From Candidatus Omnitrophota bacterium (GTDB lineage Bacteria; Omnitrophota; Gorgyraeia; Gygaellales; Profunditerraquicolaceae), in contig JAUSED010000005.1 of assembly GCA_030650425.1 (NCBI GenBank), forward strand, positions 206,932 to 270,931: DNA of 64,000 bases. Direction: 5' to 3'. Shown here in pieces: positions 39,964-49,944 of this stretch. The position numbers were made by a program, and so were the translations under genes. Under the pieces are notes generated by a model. It saw nothing but the letters and a program-made list of their open reading frames with translations, did not search any database and had not been told where the DNA came from. Each line of letters opens with the position of its first letter. Position 1 is the stretch's first letter.

Positions 39964-41358
39964 ATGGCGATTAAAGTAAAATTTTTAGGCGGAGTAAAAA
40001 CAGTTACCGGTTCGAGCCACTTAGTAAGCGCCGGGAAAACCGAAATCCTGCTTGATGCCGGGCTCTTCCAAGGCAGACGCGATGAATCTTATAAAATAAA
40101 TACTACTTTTAGTTTTAATCCCCGCTTGATTAACGCGCTGGTTTTATCGCACGCGCATATCGACCATTGTGGGAATATCCCCAGCTTGATCAAGAAGGGC
40201 CTGCGTTGTAAGATTTATACCACGCTCGCCACAAAAGCTTTGAGCCAGCTTATGCTTAGCGATTCCGGAAAGATCCAAGAAGAGGATGTAAACTATGTGA
40301 ATAAAATAAATAAGAGGATCGGACTCCCTGAAAGAAAGCCTCTCTATACCAAAAAGGAAGCGGCTCGTGCCACCAAAATATTCAGGCCGATTTCTTATCA
40401 CCAGAAATTCTGTATTGCTAAAAATGTTTGCGCGACCCTGCTTGATGCCGGGCATATTCTAGGTTCAGCGGTAATTGTATTGGATATTAAAGATGAAGCT
40501 CGTTCTGTTCGGTTGGGTTATGCCGTAGATTTAGGGAGAAAGAACCTGCCGTTGTTGAATGATCCGGTTATACCAAAAGGCTTGGATTATTTGATTATCG
40601 AAAGTACTTACGGAGGCAGGCTGCACGCTCCGATTGAAGAGGCGCAATCGAAATTAAGAGAGGTGATATCCCGGACGTTACGGCGCGGCGGAAAAGTGCT
40701 TATTCCTTCTTTTACCTTAGAGCGCACGCAGGAGGTAATTTATTTTTTAAATGAGCTTTTAAAAGAAAAGCTTATTCCTAATGTTCCGATCTATGTGGAT
40801 AGCCCGCTGGCCACAGAGATTACTGAAGTATTCGAGGCCCATCCTGATTATCTTGATGAAAAGACCCGTCAGGCGATTACACGGGGGGAGAGCCCTTTCG
40901 CATTTTTAAATTTAAGATTTATTCGTGAACAGAGAGAGTCTAAGGCCTTAAACGCGGATAAACGGCCGATGATTATTATCGCCGGCAGCGGGATGTGCGA
41001 ATCCGGAAGGATCCTGCATCATCTTCAGAATAACATCGAGGATTCCCGGAATACGATTCTGGTCGTCGGTTATATGGCGCACGATACCTTAGGCAGGAAA
41101 ATAGTAGACAGGGAAAAAATTGTGCGTATATTTGGGATAGAATATGAATTGAATGCCGAGGTGGTGGTTATTAACGCGCTCTCGGGCCACGCGGATAAGA
41201 ACGAACTGATGAAATTTATAGCCGGATCTCTCCCGCTTAAACGCATATTCCTTGTTCATGGAGAGGAAGATCAGGCGCTCGCTTTACTCGAGGCGCTTAC
41301 CCGGGAAGGCCTCAATGCCTATATCCCGTCTAAAGACGAAGAGGTGTTGCTTGATTAG
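39964..41358 (+). CDS. MBL-fold beta-CASP ribonuclease (RNase J/CPSF-like)
   Basis: 'HAHIDHCG' metallo-beta-lactamase motif; beta-CASP layout; 464 aa. Confidence 0.75.
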   Translation: MAIKVKFLGGVKTVTGSSHLVSAGKTEILLDAGLFQGRRDESYKINTTFSFNPRLINALVLSHAHIDHCGNIPSLIKKGLRCKIYTTLATKALSQLMLSDSGKIQEEDVNYVNKINKRIGLPERKPLYTKKEAARATKIFRPISYHQKFCIAKNVCATLLDAGHILGSAVIVLDIKDEARSVRLGYAVDLGRKNLPLLNDPVIPKGLDYLIIESTYGGRLHAPIEEAQSKLREVISRTLRRGGKVLIPSFTLERTQEVIYFLNELLKEKLIPNVPIYVDSPLATEITEVFEAHPDYLDEKTRQAITRGESPFAFLNLRFIREQRESKALNADKRPMIIIAGSGMCESGRILHHLQNNIEDSRNTILVVGYMAHDTLGRKIVDREKIVRIFGIEYELNAEVVVINALSGHADKNELMKFIAGSLPLKRIFLVHGEEDQALALLEALTREGLNAYIPSKDEEVLLD

Positions 41359-41417
41359 GGATTGTATGGTAATATTACAAAAGTCAAAAGTTAGCGCAAA
41401 TTCATAAGGAGGATGCA

Positions 41418-41657
41418 ATGACAGGTGGATTTTCAACCCCAAAGAAAGATAAGGCGAATAAAGTTTCCGCAGGGATGAGCGTTAAAACCGGACAGATTTT
41501 GGTAAGAGGGGTAGATACTTACAAGTCTGGTGTTAACGTAAAGGGTTTAGGCACGTTGATTGCTCAATGTCCCGGGGAAGTTTATTTTAGCAAAAAGAAG
41601 ACCAGTCACGGTAAAGTGCGCACCTTCGTGAACGTTAAACCCGCTGAAAAGAAATAG
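41418..41657 (+). CDS. Ribosomal protein L27-like (divergent)
   Basis: 79 aa. The pattern 'AG.S...GQILVRG…G.NV.G.G.LIA…G.V.F' parallels the L27 core, but the N-terminus is atypical. Confidence 0.35.
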   Translation: MTGGFSTPKKDKANKVSAGMSVKTGQILVRGVDTYKSGVNVKGLGTLIAQCPGEVYFSKKKTSHGKVRTFVNVKPAEKK

Positions 41658-41674
41658 AGAATGTTCTCTTAGGC

Positions 41675-41702
41675 GGTAGCGGACACTTAAGTGTCCGCTA
41701 CC
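41675..41702. repeat. Perfect 28-bp palindrome GGTAGCGGACAC-TTAA-GTGTCCGCTACC
   Basis: Direct observation. The inner GGACACTT matches the REP family R arm GGGGACACTTTCC. A second hairpin AGAGAAtgTTCTCT lies at 41657..41670. Confidence 0.8.
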
Positions 41703-41707
41703 TAAAT

Positions 41708-42838
41708 TTGGTAACTATTATTTTTTCCATGGTCGATAGGGCAAAACAGTATTCCAACATTAAGTACAGCTTGGAAATCGCTGGTATAATCTACACCTTT
41801 CTCCTTATCTTTCTCTTTCTAAAATCAGGCCTATCTAAAAATCTTGCTTCTACGCTTAGTATCTTCTCGCCGGGATTTTTAGCAGGGGCACGGCATACCA
41901 TGCCCCTACTTTTATACCTATTCATCGTTTCTTTAGGTTACTATATTTTGAACCTTCCGCTGAATATCTATCAATCATATATCTTGGAGCATAAATTTTC
42001 GTTAACTACTCAAAGCCTTGGAAGTTGGTTTAAGGATCAGTTTAAGGCAGGCGCGATTTCTTATGTGATTAGTCTTATATTAGTAGCGGCCTTCTATTTA
42101 ATTTTGCATTATAATCCCGCGAGCTGGTGGTTAGCGCTTTCCATATTCTGGATTATTTTTAGTATCGTCTTGGCCAAGCTCCTGCCTATCGTGATTATCC
42201 CTATTTTTTTCAAATATAAGAAACTAAGTGATGAAAATTTACGGGTGCGGGTTATGAAACTGGCCGCGAAGATGAAAGTCAAGATATTGGATTGTTTCGA
42301 GATCGATTTTAGCAAAAAAACATTGAAAGCTAATGCCGCTTTCGTAGGTATAGGTAATACGCGCAGGGTGATTTTAGCCGATACCTTAAAGGATAAATAT
42401 AGCTATGATGAAATAGAGGTAGTCTTAGCGCATGAGTTCGCGCATTACCAACTGAAGCATCTCTTAAAATTAGTGGTGGTTAATTCACTCTCTACTCTGG
42501 CAATCTTTTATTTAATTTTCCGGACGAACGCCTATATCTTAAATTGGTTTGGTTTATCTTCGCTGAATGATTTGGCCAGCCTGCCGGTTATCTTAATTTA
42601 TTTTATCCTCTTTGGTATAATCACGCAGCCGCTGGAGGCTTTTATTAGTAGGAGTTTTGAGAGGAGCGCGGATTCCTTGGCGCTTGAGACTACAGGATTA
42701 AAAGAAGCCTTTATTTCTACGATGGATAAACTCGCCAAACAAAATCTTAGCGATAGGTCTCCCCACCCGATCATCAAATTCTTCTTTTTTGATCATCCGC
42801 CAATTGATGAGCGCATCAAAATGGCGCGTTCATTATAA
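41708..42838 (+). CDS. M48-family (HtpX/Ste24-like) membrane zinc metalloprotease
   Basis: 'LAHEFAHY' HExxH motif followed by TM helices. Confidence 0.7.
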   Translation: MVTIIFSMVDRAKQYSNIKYSLEIAGIIYTFLLIFLFLKSGLSKNLASTLSIFSPGFLAGARHTMPLLLYLFIVSLGYYILNLPLNIYQSYILEHKFSLTTQSLGSWFKDQFKAGAISYVISLILVAAFYLILHYNPASWWLALSIFWIIFSIVLAKLLPIVIIPIFFKYKKLSDENLRVRVMKLAAKMKVKILDCFEIDFSKKTLKANAAFVGIGNTRRVILADTLKDKYSYDEIEVVLAHEFAHYQLKHLLKLVVVNSLSTLAIFYLIFRTNAYILNWFGLSSLNDLASLPVILIYFILFGIITQPLEAFISRSFERSADSLALETTGLKEAFISTMDKLAKQNLSDRSPHPIIKFFFFDHPPIDERIKMARSL

Positions 42839-42840
42839 AA

Positions 42841-42925
42841 CTCAGAACTGTCATTGCGAACCCCGAAGGGGTGAAGCAATCTCTTAAAACACGTGATTGC
42901 TTCGCTTCGCTCGCAATGACTCAAA
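42841..42925. repeat. Palindromic element family G copy 3 (intergenic, convergent gene ends)
   Basis: GTCATTGCGAACCCCGAAGGGGTGAAGCAATCTC…GATTGCTTCGCTTCGCTCGCAATGAC. It generates the phantom ORF 'MLRFARNDS…'. Confidence 0.8.
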
Positions 42926-42928
42926 TTT

Positions 42929-44143
42929 TTATTTTATAAAGTCAATTATAATCTTGGCGGCGCGGGCGGAAGCCCCGGATTGGCCTAATGAGGATTTGAC
43001 TGCGGCAAGGTCAGCGCGCATATTTTCCAACTTAACGCGGTTATTGAGGATTTCCAGAGTCTTTTGCGCTATTTTTTTAGGAGAAGCGCCAAACTGGATA
43101 AATTCCGGGATTATTTTTTTACCGGCTATGATATTGACTATCCCGATATAGGGAATTTTAATCTGCGGACGATAGAGCAGATAATTGAGCAAGCCCATCT
43201 TATAAATTATCAGGAAGGGTTTTTGCATGATGGCGGTCTCAAGCGTAGCAGTCCCCGAGCAGACGAGAGCGAAATCCGCGATATTTAGGGCATCGTAAGT
43301 TTTTCCATCTAAAATCTTTAGAAAATTACACGAAGTGTCATTGCGAGCGACCGAAGGGAGCGAAGCAATCTCGTTTTTATGATTGCTTCGTCGGGCTTCG
43401 CCCTCCTCGCAATGACTACGGTTGATTATCCGGTCATAAATTTTCCAATCGGCTTGGGGAGCTTTAGCGATGAGGAATTGAGCGTTGATTTTTTTATTTA
43501 TGAGCGCAGCAACCTTAAGCATTACCGGTAAGATCTTACTTATCTCTTGTTTACGGGAACCAGGAAGGAGGGCAATGGTTGTTTTTTCCGGAGAGAAATT
43601 CAACTTAGCGCGCAGCTCTTCTTTATCGATGCAGGGTTTAACGATATCTAAGAGGGGATGGCCAACGCAATCCGCGTTGATGCCGTGTTTCTTGTAGAAT
43701 CCTTTTTCAAATTCAAAAAGCACAATCATTTTTTGGATGTACTTTTTGATGTTTTTTATGCGCCCAGCTCTAGACGCCCAGACCTGCGGGCTGACATAAT
43801 AGATAGTCGGTATGCGCTTATTGATCGCTTTGGCCAGGCGAAGGTTAAATCCGGAAAAATCTACCAATATCACCGCGTCGAATCTTTCGGACGCTATCTT
43901 TTTTAGAATTAATTTCTTTAAATTGATAAATCGGGGGAGTTTTTTTAAAACATCAAAAAGGCCCATTACGCTTAGGCCTTTAATGTCATAAAATATTTCT
44001 GCTCCTGCCTGAGCAAGCAGCGAGCTGCCTATCCCTGAAATTTGTATATCCGGATTAATTTTTTTTATCGCGGAGACGAGGCCAACCGCGTGCAGTTCGC
44101 CTGAAGGCTCGCCGCAGATAATTAAGATTTGTTTCTTTGCCAT
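42929..44143 (-). CDS. lpxB: Lipid-A-disaccharide synthase carrying a ~30-aa in-frame insertion derived from a palindromic repeat
   Basis: N-terminal 'ILIICGEPSGELHAVGL' and '…LVCSGTATLE…' LpxB (GT19) motifs. The insertion 'HCEEGEARRSNHKNEIASLPSVARNDTSCNF' coincides exactly with repeat G copy 4. Confidence 0.8.
   Translation of the reverse strand: MAKKQILIICGEPSGELHAVGLVSAIKKINPDIQISGIGSSLLAQAGAEIFYDIKGLSVMGLFDVLKKLPRFINLKKLILKKIASERFDAVILVDFSGFNLRLAKAINKRIPTIYYVSPQVWASRAGRIKNIKKYIQKMIVLFEFEKGFYKKHGINADCVGHPLLDIVKPCIDKEELRAKLNFSPEKTTIALLPGSRKQEISKILPVMLKVAALINKKINAQFLIAKAPQADWKIYDRIINRSHCEEGEARRSNHKNEIASLPSVARNDTSCNFLKILDGKTYDALNIADFALVCSGTATLETAIMQKPFLIIYKMGLLNYLLYRPQIKIPYIGIVNIIAGKKIIPEFIQFGASPKKIAQKTLEILNNRVKLENMRADLAAVKSSLGQSGASARAAKIIIDFIK
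43331..43420. repeat. Palindromic element family G copy 4, inserted in-frame within lpxB
   Basis: GTCATTGCGAGCGACCGAAGGGAGCGAAGCAATCTCgtttttatGATTGCTTCGTCGGGCTTCGCCCTCCTCGCAATGAC. The lpxB ORF is continuous through it. Confidence 0.8.
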
Positions 44144-45099
44144 ATTTGATTTTGGATTTCCAAAGCTACCTTAAGGGCTTCGCGGGCAACAGTGCCTGAT
44201 ACAAGCGGTTCTTCGCGCCTTATCACGCAGTTGATAAAAGCCTGTAATTCTTTCTGTAGGGGTTGTTCTTTTTCAATCGGCAGGTTTTCTTTTGAAATTT
44301 TCAGCAGGCCTTTACGGTAGACCCAGGCTTCGGCATTTTTGTAATCCAGAGAGATGTAGGCATTTTCCTGAAAGATACGGATTTTACGCATTGTCTCGTC
44401 GGAAATACGGCTGGCAGTGAGGTTGGCTACGCAGCCGTTCTTAAAGGTAACCCGGGCATTGGCGATATCCTCGAAATGGGTGAGCACGTTTATGCCTACG
44501 GATTCAATGCGTTCTATGGGAGAGGCGACTAGGCCTAGAATAATATCGATATCATGAATCATAATGTCTAAGACCGCTCCTACGTCCAGCGAACGGTTGG
44601 GAAAAGGAGAGAGCCGGTGGCACTCGATAAATTTTGGGTTTTTAATTAGCTTTTGCGTAGCGCTAAAGGCGGAGTTGAAACGCTCAATATGGCCTACCTG
44701 CAGGATTAGATTATTTTCTTGGGCTATTTTGATCAGGCTGTCAGCTTCTTCGAGGGTAGGGGTGAAAGGTTTCTCAACTAAGGTATGCAGATTATGTTTT
44801 AAACATTCGCTGGCGACAGCGTAATGCGATTTTGTGGGAGTGGCTATGCTTACGGCTTCAACTTTCCCGAAAAGTTCCCGGTAATCCTTGTATGCGGGAA
44901 CATTCAAGCTTTGGCTAACTGCCTCCAGATGCGCTTTATCCGTATCGCAGACAGCCTCAAGCGAGCAATTAGGGAGTTCTTTGTAGATTTTAGCATGAAT
45001 GCTTCCTAAATGCCCTACACCAATCACTCCTACCTTTAATTTATCCATAAAGGAATAATAGCAAATCGACTCTTCTAATGCAACTATAATTTTAGACAA
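44122..45099 (-). CDS. Gfo/Idh/MocA-family NAD(P)-dependent oxidoreductase (possibly a sugar-nucleotide 3-dehydrogenase of GnnA type, given lpxB adjacency)
   Basis: Rossmann motif 'KVGVIGVGHLGSIHA' and '…EKPF…'. The true start may be the internal Met (MDKLKVGVIG). Confidence 0.7.
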   Translation of the reverse strand: MSKIIVALEESICYYSFMDKLKVGVIGVGHLGSIHAKIYKELPNCSLEAVCDTDKAHLEAVSQSLNVPAYKDYRELFGKVEAVSIATPTKSHYAVASECLKHNLHTLVEKPFTPTLEEADSLIKIAQENNLILQVGHIERFNSAFSATQKLIKNPKFIECHRLSPFPNRSLDVGAVLDIMIHDIDIILGLVASPIERIESVGINVLTHFEDIANARVTFKNGCVANLTASRISDETMRKIRIFQENAYISLDYKNAEAWVYRKGLLKISKENLPIEKEQPLQKELQAFINCVIRREEPLVSGTVAREALKVALEIQNQIWQRNKS

Positions 45100-45163
45100 T
45101 AAAAAAGTTGCTTGCGTAGGGAAGGTATGCTACAATACAATTCCTTTTAGACAGGAGCGAAAG

Positions 45164-46954
45164 ATGCGTGATTACTTGAAGTTACTAAAATTTATCCGGC
45201 CGTATTTAGGGAAGTTTGCGCTGGCCTCCATATGTATGGTATTCTCCGCCATATTTGACGGTGTATCTTTGGCGATGATGGTTCCTTTGGCGGATAAAGT
45301 TTTAACCAACAAAACAATCATTCTACCCGTTAAATTACCCGGTTTTCTAGCTAATTTTGTGGATAAGATCAATGCTATTACTCCGCTTGTGCTTTTGAAT
45401 TACATGGCGATAGCGATTGTATTACTTTTTGTGCTCAAAGGATTTTTTGGTTTCTGGCAGAGTTATATTATGTCTGATATCGGCCAGCGGATTGTCAGGG
45501 ATATCAAAGCCAAGCTTTACGCCAAGTTTCAGTCGCTTTCCTTGGATTATTTTACCCATAAACGCGGCGGAGAGATGATTTCGCGTATCACCAATGACGT
45601 AAAGCTGGTAGAGAACGCGGTTTCTTACGGTTCGACTGACCTTGTCTATCAGGGCGCGCAGGTAATCATATTTTTCTCCCTGACCATGTTTATTTACGCT
45701 AAATTCGTTATCTTCATTGTTCCGCCCTTGGCGATCTTAGGTTATTTGATCGCTGTGGTGGGGAAGAAACTGAGGAAATTATCCAAGACTTCGCAAGAGA
45801 AGATGGCGGATACTAACTCCATACTTTACGAAACGATCATCGGCGCCCGCATCGTCAAAGGGTTCAATATGGAGGAGTACGAAATCAAGAAATTCAATAA
45901 GGTAAACCACGATTATTATCGCGTTTCCATGAAATCCATCAAACGCCTGTTGCTTTTAAGCCCGGCTACGGAAATTTTAGGCTGTATCGCCGGGGTAATC
46001 ATATTCTTCTTAGGCGGCAGGGAGGTCATCGCCGGAAAAATTTCATTCGGCGTATTTGGCCTCTTCCTCGGCTCACTTTTATCGACGATCAGGCCGTTTA
46101 AGAAATTAAGCCAAGTGAATTCTTTGAATCAGCAGGCGGTGGCAGCCAGCGAGCGCATCTATGAAGTTTTAGAGACTGAGCCGACAGTGGTTGAATTACC
46201 TTCGGCAAGGGAATTGAGCGGATTCAAAAATAATGTTGTCTTTAGCGATGTATGGTTTAACTATGGGGATAACCCTGTGCTTAAGGGTATAAGTTTAGAT
46301 GTTCCGTATGGCTCAGTCCTAGCTATCGTCGGGCCCAGCGGCACAGGTAAGACCACGCTTTTGGATTTAATCCCGCGTTTTTACGATCCCAAACAGGGTA
46401 AGATTCTGATTGATGGGGTGGATATTAAGGAAGTTAGCTTGAAGTCGTTACGCCAACAAGTCGGTATTGTTACTCAGGAGACCATACTTTTTAATGATAC
46501 GATTAAGGCGAATATCGCTTATGGAAAGCCGGGAGCAGGCGAAGACGAAATTAAAGAAGCAGCCGAGCAAGCCAATGCCCATGATTTTATCAGTCATCTT
46601 CCTCAGGGTTATGATACGATTATCGGAGATAGAGGGATGCGTATCTCAGGAGGAGAGCGGCAGAGGATTGCCATTGCGCGCGCCCTGCTTAAAAACCCGC
46701 CTATTTTAATCCTCGATGAAGCGACTTCTCAGTTGGATTCGCAGTCCGAAAGGGTGGTTCAGGATGCCCTGGATCGGCTTATTCAGGGACGCACGGTATT
46801 TGTGATTGCCCACCGGCTCTCTACCGTGAGAAACGCGCGTAAGATAGTGGTGCTGGATAAGGGGGTTATTGCCGAAGCAGGAACGCATGACGAACTCTTA
46901 GGCCGGGAAGGCTTGTATAAAAAACTCTATTTAATGCAAGAAATCGGAAAATAG
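45164..46954 (+). CDS. ABC transporter permease/ATPase fusion, MsbA-like lipid exporter
   Basis: 6-TM domain plus NBD with Walker A 'GPSGTGKTT', signature 'SGGERQRIAIAR' and Walker B 'ILILDEATS'. Confidence 0.8.
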   Translation: MRDYLKLLKFIRPYLGKFALASICMVFSAIFDGVSLAMMVPLADKVLTNKTIILPVKLPGFLANFVDKINAITPLVLLNYMAIAIVLLFVLKGFFGFWQSYIMSDIGQRIVRDIKAKLYAKFQSLSLDYFTHKRGGEMISRITNDVKLVENAVSYGSTDLVYQGAQVIIFFSLTMFIYAKFVIFIVPPLAILGYLIAVVGKKLRKLSKTSQEKMADTNSILYETIIGARIVKGFNMEEYEIKKFNKVNHDYYRVSMKSIKRLLLLSPATEILGCIAGVIIFFLGGREVIAGKISFGVFGLFLGSLLSTIRPFKKLSQVNSLNQQAVAASERIYEVLETEPTVVELPSARELSGFKNNVVFSDVWFNYGDNPVLKGISLDVPYGSVLAIVGPSGTGKTTLLDLIPRFYDPKQGKILIDGVDIKEVSLKSLRQQVGIVTQETILFNDTIKANIAYGKPGAGEDEIKEAAEQANAHDFISHLPQGYDTIIGDRGMRISGGERQRIAIARALLKNPPILILDEATSQLDSQSERVVQDALDRLIQGRTVFVIAHRLSTVRNARKIVVLDKGVIAEAGTHDELLGREGLYKKLYLMQEIGK

Positions 46955-47113
46955 TTGCATATTTGAATAAATTTGTTACAATAATTGAATTAAACTGTTG
47001 CCGGGAGCCTCTGGCCGCAGCTCATATTAACAATCATCCCGCCAAGCTATTTGATAGCAGGCGGGATCCCGCATACTATTACATAGACTGGCGGGAAAAA
47101 GGGGGAGTAAAAA

Positions 47114-48007
47114 GTGCCATCAGATTTAATTAAGCAGTTACTGGAAGCAGGGGTGCATTTTGGGCACCAGACTAAGCGTTGGAATCCGAAAATGAAGAAA
47201 TTTATCTTCGGCTCAAGAAGCGGTATTTATATCATTGACCTTGAAAAGACCGAGGAATGTATAAATAAAGCCCGGGATTTTCTGTTGGAGATCACCTCAA
47301 AAGGCGAATACGTTCTTTTCGTGGGGACCAAGAAACAGGCGCAGGAGGTTATGCTGCAGGAAGCGCAGCGATCAGGGATGTATTACGTGACTGACCGCTG
47401 GCCGGGGGGGCTTTTAACCAATTTTGCTACGATTAAGAAGAGTATCAACCGGCTAAAAGAGATCGAAAAGATGCGTATAGACGGTACATTTGAAAAGCTG
47501 ACCAAGAAAGAAGTGGCGCGCCTGGAGAAAGAGCTGGCAAAATTAAATAAGAATTTCTTGGGGATCGTTCCGATGGAGCGTATGCCTAAGGCTGTTTTTG
47601 TAGTGGATTCCAATAAAGAAGAAACAGCAGTAAAAGAGGCAAAGCGCCTAGGCATACCGGTTATCGCGCTGATTGATACTAACTCTAATCCGGATTTGGT
47701 CGATTATCCTATCCCCGGTAATGATGATGCTACTAAGTCGATTAAAGCCGTGGCCGATATTGTTACGGATACGATCATTGAAGGCAGAAAGAGGTTCCTT
47801 TCTTATATGTCTCAGGATGGGGTAAAGATCGAAACAGAAGCTAAAGCGGAAGAACCGGTATTATTGCCTGAAGAAGAGATCAAGATCAAAGAGATCGAAG
47901 AAATAGTCGAGACGACCGAACCTGTTGATGAAGAGGCTAAGGCGGTAAAAAAAGGGCATATTAAGCCGGTGGTGGATATAAAGGGAAAGGGTAAGAGAAA
48001 AGTATGA
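47114..48007 (+). CDS. rpsB: 30S ribosomal protein S2 with an acidic/lysine-rich C-terminal extension
   Basis: 'GVHFGHQTKRWNPKM' N-terminus; GTG start with RBS AAAGGGGGAG. Confidence 0.9.
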   Translation: MPSDLIKQLLEAGVHFGHQTKRWNPKMKKFIFGSRSGIYIIDLEKTEECINKARDFLLEITSKGEYVLFVGTKKQAQEVMLQEAQRSGMYYVTDRWPGGLLTNFATIKKSINRLKEIEKMRIDGTFEKLTKKEVARLEKELAKLNKNFLGIVPMERMPKAVFVVDSNKEETAVKEAKRLGIPVIALIDTNSNPDLVDYPIPGNDDATKSIKAVADIVTDTIIEGRKRFLSYMSQDGVKIETEAKAEEPVLLPEEEIKIKEIEEIVETTEPVDEEAKAVKKGHIKPVVDIKGKGKRKV

Positions 48008-48537
48008 GTAAAATGAGTATATCAGTAGAATTAATTAAAGAATTAAGGGAAATTACTTCTTCGAGTGTGGCTCATTGCAAGAAGGCGCTTGAGGAGACAA
48101 AGGGGGATATAAAGAAAGCGGCGGAGTTACTGCGTAAGCAGGGACTGGAGATTGCCGCGAAGAAACAGTCGCGAGCGGCAAAAGAAGGAAGAATAGAGGC
48201 GTATGTGCATCACGGGAATAAGGTCGGCGTATTGCTGGAAGTTGACTGCGAATCGGATTTTGTCGCTAAAAACGAAGGATTTGTCCAATTTACCAAGGAT
48301 CTGGCGATGCAGATAACCGCGACCAGCCCCCTATACATCAAGAAAGAAGATGTCCCGCCAGAAGTTGTGGAGCATGAAAAGAATAAAGAAGATTTCTACA
48401 AGAATCATTGTCTGATGGAGCAGCCGTTTGTTAAAGACCCATCGATGACGATTAAAGATTATTTGGGAAGTGTTGTGGCTAAGATCGGCGAGAATATTGT
48501 TGTGCGCAGGTTCACGCGTTATAAAGTCGGCGAATAA
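48004..48537 (+). CDS. tsf: Elongation factor Ts (short form)
   Basis: 'LRE(I)[12 protein letters not shown]…' UBA-like N-terminus and '[20 protein letters not shown]' motif; 177 aa. Confidence 0.8.
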   Translation: MSKMSISVELIKELREITSSSVAHCKKALEETKGDIKKAAELLRKQGLEIAAKKQSRAAKEGRIEAYVHHGNKVGVLLEVDCESDFVAKNEGFVQFTKDLAMQITATSPLYIKKEDVPPEVVEHEKNKEDFYKNHCLMEQPFVKDPSMTIKDYLGSVVAKIGENIVVRRFTRYKVGE

Positions 48538-48542
48538 TACCA

Positions 48543-49262
48543 ATGGGTTCAGTTTACAAGAGAATAGTCCTTAAGTTAAGCGGCGAAGCCCTTCAGGGAA
48601 AAAAATCCCACGGAATAGACCAGTCGGTGCTCATCTCTATTTCCCGCCAAATAAAAGAAATCCGCGATCTAAAAGTGGATGTCGCCGTAGTTTTGGGCGC
48701 TGGAAATATCTTTCGCGGTAAAGAGAATACCGGCTCGCGCGGCTTGGACATGGATAGGTCTGTTGCTGATTACATGGGGATGCTGGCTACAGTGATTAAT
48801 GGCCTGGCCCTGCAGGATGCTTTAGAAAAAGCAGGGGTCCCTACCCGGGTAATGACGGCCATAGATATGGAACGTATTGCCGAGCCGTATATTAGAAGGC
48901 GAGCCATACGTCATTTGGAAAAAGGCCGGGTAGTTATATTTGTCGCCGGAACCGGGAATCCTTATTTTACTACTGATACGGCGGCAGCGCTTCGGGCGAT
49001 GGAGATAAACGCTAATGCCATACTTAAGGCTACTCAGGTAGACGGGGTTTATTCCGCCGATCCTTTGAAGGTGAAGAGCGCTAAAAAGTTTACCCAATTA
49101 AAATATATTGATGTGCTTAAAAAAGGTTTAAAGGTTATGGACGCTACCGCGATTAGCCTTTGTATGGATAATAAGCTTCCGATTGTAGTTTTTAATCTGA
49201 GCGTAAATGGGAATATTAAGCGCGTGGTATCAGGGGAAAAAATAGGGACAGTTGTTCAGTAA
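48543..49262 (+). CDS. pyrH: UMP kinase
   Basis: '[13 protein letters not shown]' N-terminus and conserved amino-acid-kinase fold motifs. Confidence 0.9.
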   Translation: MGSVYKRIVLKLSGEALQGKKSHGIDQSVLISISRQIKEIRDLKVDVAVVLGAGNIFRGKENTGSRGLDMDRSVADYMGMLATVINGLALQDALEKAGVPTRVMTAIDMERIAEPYIRRRAIRHLEKGRVVIFVAGTGNPYFTTDTAAALRAMEINANAILKATQVDGVYSADPLKVKSAKKFTQLKYIDVLKKGLKVMDATAISLCMDNKLPIVVFNLSVNGNIKRVVSGEKIGTVVQ

Positions 49263-49274
49263 CCGGAGGCAGTT

Positions 49275-49835
49275 ATGACTACCAAAGAAATTTTACATAG
49301 CACCGAAGAAAAAATGAAGAAGGCCTTTGAGTCGGTGAATCGCGAATTTTTAGAAATTCGAACTGGTAGGGCCAGCCCGGCGTTAGTCGAGGGGTTGCAT
49401 ATCGATTATTACGGCACTCCCACTTTGTTGAAACAACTGGCTTCTATCTCGGCTGCCGACGCGCATTTATTAGTTATTCAGCCTTGGGATATCTCGGCGA
49501 TTGCCGAAATCGAGAAAGCGATCTTGAAATCTAATTTAGGGGTTAATCCTTCTAATGACGGTAAGCTTATCAGGTTATCTTTTCCGCAGCTATCCAAGGA
49601 GAGACGCCAGGAATTAGCCAAAGATATCCATAAAATGACGGAGAACGGCAGGATATCTTTGAGGACGATCAGGCGGGATTCCAAAGAGCATATTGAAAAG
49701 TTAGAAAAAGATAAAACGATCTCCGAAGATGATAAATTCCGCGGCGTTGATGAATTACAGAAGCTGGTGGATAGGTATATCGCCAAGGTTGACGATCTTT
49801 TAAAGAATAAAGAAAAAGAAGTATTGGAATTTTAA
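49275..49835 (+). CDS. frr: Ribosome recycling factor
   Basis: 186 aa with conserved RRF sequence (…SLRTIRRDS…). Confidence 0.9.
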   Translation: MTTKEILHSTEEKMKKAFESVNREFLEIRTGRASPALVEGLHIDYYGTPTLLKQLASISAADAHLLVIQPWDISAIAEIEKAILKSNLGVNPSNDGKLIRLSFPQLSKERRQELAKDIHKMTENGRISLRTIRRDSKEHIEKLEKDKTISEDDKFRGVDELQKLVDRYIAKVDDLLKNKEKEVLEF

Positions 49836-49839
49836 ATTT

Positions 49840-49912
49840 GGGCCTCTAGCTCATCCGGTAGAGCAGCGGCTTTTTAAGCCGCGTGTGCCGAGTTCGAGTC
49901 TCGGGAGGCTCA
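49840..49912 (+). tRNA. tRNA-Lys (anticodon TTT)
   Basis: Cloverleaf folded by hand: acceptor GGGCCTC/GAGGCTC; D-arm GCTC…GAGC; anticodon stem GCGGC/GCCGC with loop TTTTTAA; T-arm CCGAG-TTCGAGT-CTCGG. Confidence 0.8.
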
Positions 49913-49944
49913 CTTAATTTTAGCAAAGCGGTAAGAGGTTATAG

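Noticed and set aside
42897-43151. ORF 'MLRFARNDSNFYF…' (84 aa)
   Set aside because: It is a read-through of the family G palindromic repeat and the lpxB 3' region on the opposite strand. It is a classic repeat-derived phantom ORF, not a gene.
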